A stretch of DNA of 64,000 nt from Candidatus Omnitrophota bacterium (lineage in GTDB: Bacteria; Omnitrophota; Gorgyraeia; JAHJTE01): NCBI GenBank assembly GCA_018830005.1, contig JAHJTE010000001.1:642287-706286 (forward strand), given 5' to 3'. The position numbers and the translations under genes were made by a program. Of this stretch, positions 60,197 to 64,000 are shown one piece after another (position 1 is the stretch's first letter; the number at the start of each line of letters is the position of its first letter). Below the pieces are notes generated by a model. That model was not told the origin of the DNA, searched no databases, and was given only the letters and a program-made list of their open reading frames with translations.

Positions 60197-61476
60197 TCTA
60201 TAATTTTAAAGGTTTGAAGGTAACAGTAGTAGGCATGGCACGAAGTGGTTTGCCTGCCGGTCTATTATTAAAACAGCTGGAGGCTTATGTAAGTGTTGTT
60301 GATTCTGGTGATTCCGCTGATTTAAGCCAGAATCGCGAGAGGCTTTTAAGGCAGGGTGTTAAAGCAGAGGTTAATGCAGATGAAAGGGACTTTATTAAGG
60401 TAAGTGATCTTGTAGTAGTAAGTCCGGGCGTAGATGAATCATCGGAGCCTATCAAGTTTGCCAAGGAAAAGAATATTCCCGTAATCAGTGAATTAGAACT
60501 TGCCTTCCAAAATTGCTCTGCACCTATTATTGCTGTAACCGGGACAAATGGCAAGACAACCGTTAGTACTTTAATCGCCGAGGTCTTAAAGGCAAATGGA
60601 AAAAAAGTATTCCTCTGCGGCAATATTGGAACTGCATTTAGTTCCCAGGTGTTAAAAGCGGATAAAGATGATTTTGTTGTTTTAGAAGTCAGCTCCTTTC
60701 AATTGGAAAAGATTGAGGAATTCAGACCCAAGATCTCTTTGTTTCTTAATTTTAGTCCGGATCATTTAGACCGCTATAAAACCATAGATGAATATTTAGA
60801 GGCTAAAAAGAGAATCTACCTAAATCAGAAGGATACAGATTGGGTGGTTTTAAATTTTGCTGATAAAATAGTAGGGGGCCTGGAATCTTCGATCAAGGCC
60901 AACGTTAGATTCTTTAATAAACCTACGAATAGAGATTATCCTAGCAATCTTGATTCAAATCAACAGGCAGTTATGGCTATTGTGTCTATACTTAGTCTTA
61001 ACAGGCAGACTTCTCTGGCGGTATTGTCTGATTTTAAAGGTATTGCGCATCGTTTGGAATTTGTGCGTAGGCTTTCCGACATAGATTTTATTAATGATTC
61101 AAAGGCGACGAATATCTCCTCAACCAGATGGGCGCTGGAGCGAATTCAGCAGGCGGTTATCTTAATTGCCGGCGGCAGAAATAAAGGCGCTGATTTTTCA
61201 CAACTAAAAGATATTGTCAGAAAAAAGATTAAACTCATGTTCGTAATCGGTGAGAGCAAAGATGAGCTCTTCGATACATTCGCCAATGTGACCAGCGTCT
61301 CTAAAGCTGATTCCCTAGAGGCAGCCCTCAAGAATGCCTTCAAGAGCGCAGAATCAGGCGATTGTATTTTACTTTCTCCTATGTGTGCAAGTTTTGATAT
61401 GTTTGGGGATTACCAAGAGCGGGGGGAGAAATTCAAGCAATTCGTGAGGAGTCTTAATGAAGCAGATAAGAAATAG
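60193..61476 (+). CDS. murD: UDP-N-acetylmuramoylalanine--D-glutamate ligase
   Basis: Mur ligase P-loop AVTGTNGKTT; start at ATG 60193 overlapping the mraY stop. Confidence 0.88.
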   Translation: MIYNFKGLKVTVVGMARSGLPAGLLLKQLEAYVSVVDSGDSADLSQNRERLLRQGVKAEVNADERDFIKVSDLVVVSPGVDESSEPIKFAKEKNIPVISELELAFQNCSAPIIAVTGTNGKTTVSTLIAEVLKANGKKVFLCGNIGTAFSSQVLKADKDDFVVLEVSSFQLEKIEEFRPKISLFLNFSPDHLDRYKTIDEYLEAKKRIYLNQKDTDWVVLNFADKIVGGLESSIKANVRFFNKPTNRDYPSNLDSNQQAVMAIVSILSLNRQTSLAVLSDFKGIAHRLEFVRRLSDIDFINDSKATNISSTRWALERIQQAVILIAGGRNKGADFSQLKDIVRKKIKLMFVIGESKDELFDTFANVTSVSKADSLEAALKNAFKSAESGDCILLSPMCASFDMFGDYQERGEKFKQFVRSLNEADKK

Positions 61477-62566
61477 ACTGGCGATAATAACACTTTTATT
61501 ATTAAGCTTTGGTCTGGTTATGGTCTACAGCGCAAGTTCAATCTATGCCTGGGAGAACATTGGTGACAGCGCTTATTTTTTAAAACGTCACATATTTTTT
61601 CTTATCATCGGGTTTTTGCTTACCTCGCTTATTATGAGTTGGGATTATAACAGATTGCGTAAATTCATAAAACCACTTTTGATTTTATCGATTATTTTGC
61701 TTTTTTTGGTTCTTGTCCCGGGCATCGGCAAACAGGTGGGGGGTGCCCGGAGATGGTTTAGAATTTTAGGGGTAGGCTTTCAGCCTTCAGAATTAGCCGG
61801 GTTTATGTTAATTCTTTACTTAGCTGACTTTCTTTCCCGAAAAGGAAAGTCAATAGATAATTTCAAGAAGGGAGTCTTTCCCGGGCTTCTGGTTTTAGCT
61901 GTTATGGTCATATTACTATTATTGCAGCCGGATTTGGGAACACCTATTTCCTTTATTCTCATTTGGCTGATTATGTTCTTTGTTGCTGGTATGAAATTGG
62001 GACATTTGTTTTTGCTTTTTGCTTCAGGTATTCCCTTTCTTTATTTATTAATATTTAGCGTTCCATATCGCAGGAAACGTATACTGACTTTTTTAAATCC
62101 ATGGGCTGACCCCCGCGGCAATGGGTTCCAAATTATTCAGGCACAGATTGCCTTGGGTTCAGGTGGGATTTTTGGTTTAGGCTTAGGACAAAGCAAACAA
62201 AAACTTTTCTATTTACCTGCGGCCCATACTGATTTTATTTTTTCCATAATCTCTGAGGAATTAGGAATCTTAGGCGCAGCAGCATTGATAATTCTATTTT
62301 TTCTTTTCCTTTGGCAAGGCATTATCATTACTATAAACGCAAAGAGTGATTTTGCAAAAATGCTTAGTTTCGGCCTGACCCTGAAGATTGTCTTAGAGGT
62401 AATTATTAATATTGGTGTAAATTTAGGCCTTTTTCCTACCAAGGGCATGCCTTTACCGTTTGTCGGATACGGCGGATCATCCCTGGTTTTTGATATGCTT
62501 TCTGTCGGGCTCTTACTAAATATCGCTAAGCACGAGGAAGATAATGAAGATATTATTCGCCCTTAG
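61457..62566 (+). CDS. ftsW: Peptidoglycan glycosyltransferase FtsW (SEDS family)
   Basis: About 10 hydrophobic segments, SEDS-family pattern; position between murD and murG. Confidence 0.88.
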   Translation: MKQIRNRLAIITLLLLSFGLVMVYSASSIYAWENIGDSAYFLKRHIFFLIIGFLLTSLIMSWDYNRLRKFIKPLLILSIILLFLVLVPGIGKQVGGARRWFRILGVGFQPSELAGFMLILYLADFLSRKGKSIDNFKKGVFPGLLVLAVMVILLLLQPDLGTPISFILIWLIMFFVAGMKLGHLFLLFASGIPFLYLLIFSVPYRRKRILTFLNPWADPRGNGFQIIQAQIALGSGGIFGLGLGQSKQKLFYLPAAHTDFIFSIISEELGILGAAALIILFFLFLWQGIIITINAKSDFAKMLSFGLTLKIVLEVIINIGVNLGLFPTKGMPLPFVGYGGSSLVFDMLSVGLLLNIAKHEEDNEDIIRP

Positions 62567-63632
62567 TGGTTCTGGCGGCCATATATTTCCTGCCTTGAGC
62601 ACAGCAGAAAAACTTGCTAAAGGAAGCAGTCAGGCGGATATAGTTTTTTTAACAGAAAAAAACAAGATAAGCCTTGAGATATTAGGTAATAGCGAATTTA
62701 AGGTATTTTTTCTAGACTCTAAACTCGCACGCCGCCTTCCTTTACAAGCATTCTCATCCATTGTAAAATTATTAATGACATCTTTCGAGAGCTTGCGCAT
62801 TGTAAGAGAAATCCGGCCTGACGTCGTTGTTGGCTTTGGAGGCTATATAAGTATAATACCTATATTTTTGGCAAAATTATTCAGGCTTAAAAGCATTATC
62901 CATGAACAGAATGTTTCTTTAGGTAGGGCAAATTATCTTCTATCCTTAATTTGCAATTGTCTGGCAGTAAGTTTTAAGGCCACAGAAGGCAGATTTAAAA
63001 ACTCAAGACTTAATAAAAAAATTATTTATACGGGATTACCACTTCGGGAGGGTCTAAAAGAGGTAAGTTCATCGGAGGCTATTCGTTTTTTTGATTTTGA
63101 TTCCAATATTTTTACAATCCTTGTTCTGGGTGGTTCGCAAGGCTCACAACATATAAATAAAGACTTTATTGATTGTTTAGAAGATTTACCCTTTAAGGAT
63201 AAATTACAGATTATCCATATCTCTGGATTTAAGGATGAGGCTTGGATTAAATCTTTTTATGATAAGTCTCCTCAACTGAAGGTGAAAACCTTCCCGTTTT
63301 TAAGCCAGATGAGTTTTGCCTTTAGCGCTGCAGATCTTTGTATCTGTCGCAGCGGAGCCTCAACTATTAATGAGCTAAGCTTATTTAAACTTCCGGCAAT
63401 GCTTATCCCTTACCCGGGAACACATGTTCATCAGCGTGAGAATGCCCAAATTCTAGTAAAGGCTGGGGCAGCAGTTCTTCTTGAGGAAAGAAAATTAGCA
63501 TTTTCTCTAAAGGAGAATTTAAAACGCCTATATAACCAGAGAGAAATAATTAAGGATATGAAGGAGTCTTTTCCTAAGGATGTGATATTTAATGCCAGCG
63601 ATCGATTGTCGGAGGTAATTATAAACATATGA
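62544..63632 (+). CDS. murG: Undecaprenyldiphospho-muramoylpentapeptide beta-N-acetylglucosaminyltransferase
   Basis: N-terminal GGSGGHIFPAL glycine-rich motif of MurG. Confidence 0.9.
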   Translation: MKILFALSGSGGHIFPALSTAEKLAKGSSQADIVFLTEKNKISLEILGNSEFKVFFLDSKLARRLPLQAFSSIVKLLMTSFESLRIVREIRPDVVVGFGGYISIIPIFLAKLFRLKSIIHEQNVSLGRANYLLSLICNCLAVSFKATEGRFKNSRLNKKIIYTGLPLREGLKEVSSSEAIRFFDFDSNIFTILVLGGSQGSQHINKDFIDCLEDLPFKDKLQIIHISGFKDEAWIKSFYDKSPQLKVKTFPFLSQMSFAFSAADLCICRSGASTINELSLFKLPAMLIPYPGTHVHQRENAQILVKAGAAVLLEERKLAFSLKENLKRLYNQREIIKDMKESFPKDVIFNASDRLSEVIINI

Positions 63633-64000
63633 TGAGACTAATTAAGATTTCTATTATCCTGAATTTGGCTGCTTTATTATTAGTGTCTTCCTTAGGAAGG
63701 TGCGAAGAGGAATGGTCTGTTACGAGAAGCAGACATTTTATTCTATATTATCATGAAGATATCAATAAAGGTTTTCTTTCAAAGGCTGTTTCTTCTGCGG
63801 AAAGGTATTATGATGAAATTACTGACAGATTAGGCTTTAAGCGATATGAATATTGGCTCTGGGATAATAGGGCTAAGCTTTATATTTATAAGGATAGAGA
63901 ATCTTATATTAAGGCTACAGGAATGCCTAGCTGGTCAGGAGGCCGGGCTATTTATAAAGACAAGATTATTGAATCCTTTCCTTGGTCTAAAGGTTTTTTT
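63629..64000 (+). CDS. Hypothetical secreted protein (3' end beyond the window)
   Basis: ATGATG start overlapping the murG stop; hydrophobic signal-like N-terminus (MMRLIKISIILNLAALLLVSS); frame open to the window edge; no domain recognised. Confidence 0.4.
   Translation, partial: MMRLIKISIILNLAALLLVSSLGRCEEEWSVTRSRHFILYYHEDINKGFLSKAVSSAERYYDEITDRLGFKRYEYWLWDNRAKLYIYKDRESYIKATGMPSWSGGRAIYKDKIIESFPWSKGFF

Noticed and set aside
1-64000. CRISPR arrays, rRNA genes, insertion sequences or prophage
   Set aside because: No regularly spaced direct repeats, no rRNA-like conserved stretches and no transposase or phage structural genes were seen on either strand.

Overview
This window reads as core chromosome from an AT-rich, probably diderm bacterium (an LptD-like outer-membrane protein and a full dcw cell-wall cluster are present). 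About 66 protein genes are packed almost entirely on the + strand, with three on the - strand (rpmB, thpR, pncC). Main blocks, in order: grpE-dnaK-dnaJ; FmdB zinc ribbon, VanZ, DUF1015; accD and an orphan sugar-type ABC ATPase; two tandem GAF-GGDEF diguanylate cyclases; ROK kinase, lptD and a nucleotide-sugar block (ugd, tviB/tviC-like, UDP-xylose synthase); trpBA; M16 peptidase, rsfS, argS, recJ; a 970-aa UvrD-type helicase fused to a Cas4/AddB-like nuclease; rpsO-pnp; ftsK, rodZ-like, rimO, pgsA, pgpA; an FMN riboswitch driving ribBA-ribH-nusB-PHP-ribD-ribE; tRNA-Pro(CGG); ligA, xerD, a CCA-adding enzyme; DUF503-rbfA-nrnA-truB-ribF; and mraZ-rsmH-ftsL-ftsI-murE-murF-mraY-murD-ftsW-murG. I found no rRNA, CRISPR array, transposase, phage integrase or obvious toxin-antitoxin or defence island. 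I could not identify a clear novel multi-gene system. The most unusual items are the single-chain helicase-nuclease, a TrpH/YciV-like PHP phosphoesterase embedded in the riboswitch-controlled riboflavin operon, an rsfS whose conserved N-terminus has no canonical start codon, and several near-consensus sigma70-type promoters with leader hairpins. All calls rest on reading the supplied translations and sequence by eye; no database search was run, and unless a finding spells out position-by-position counting, coordinates of non-coding elements are approximate to a few nt.
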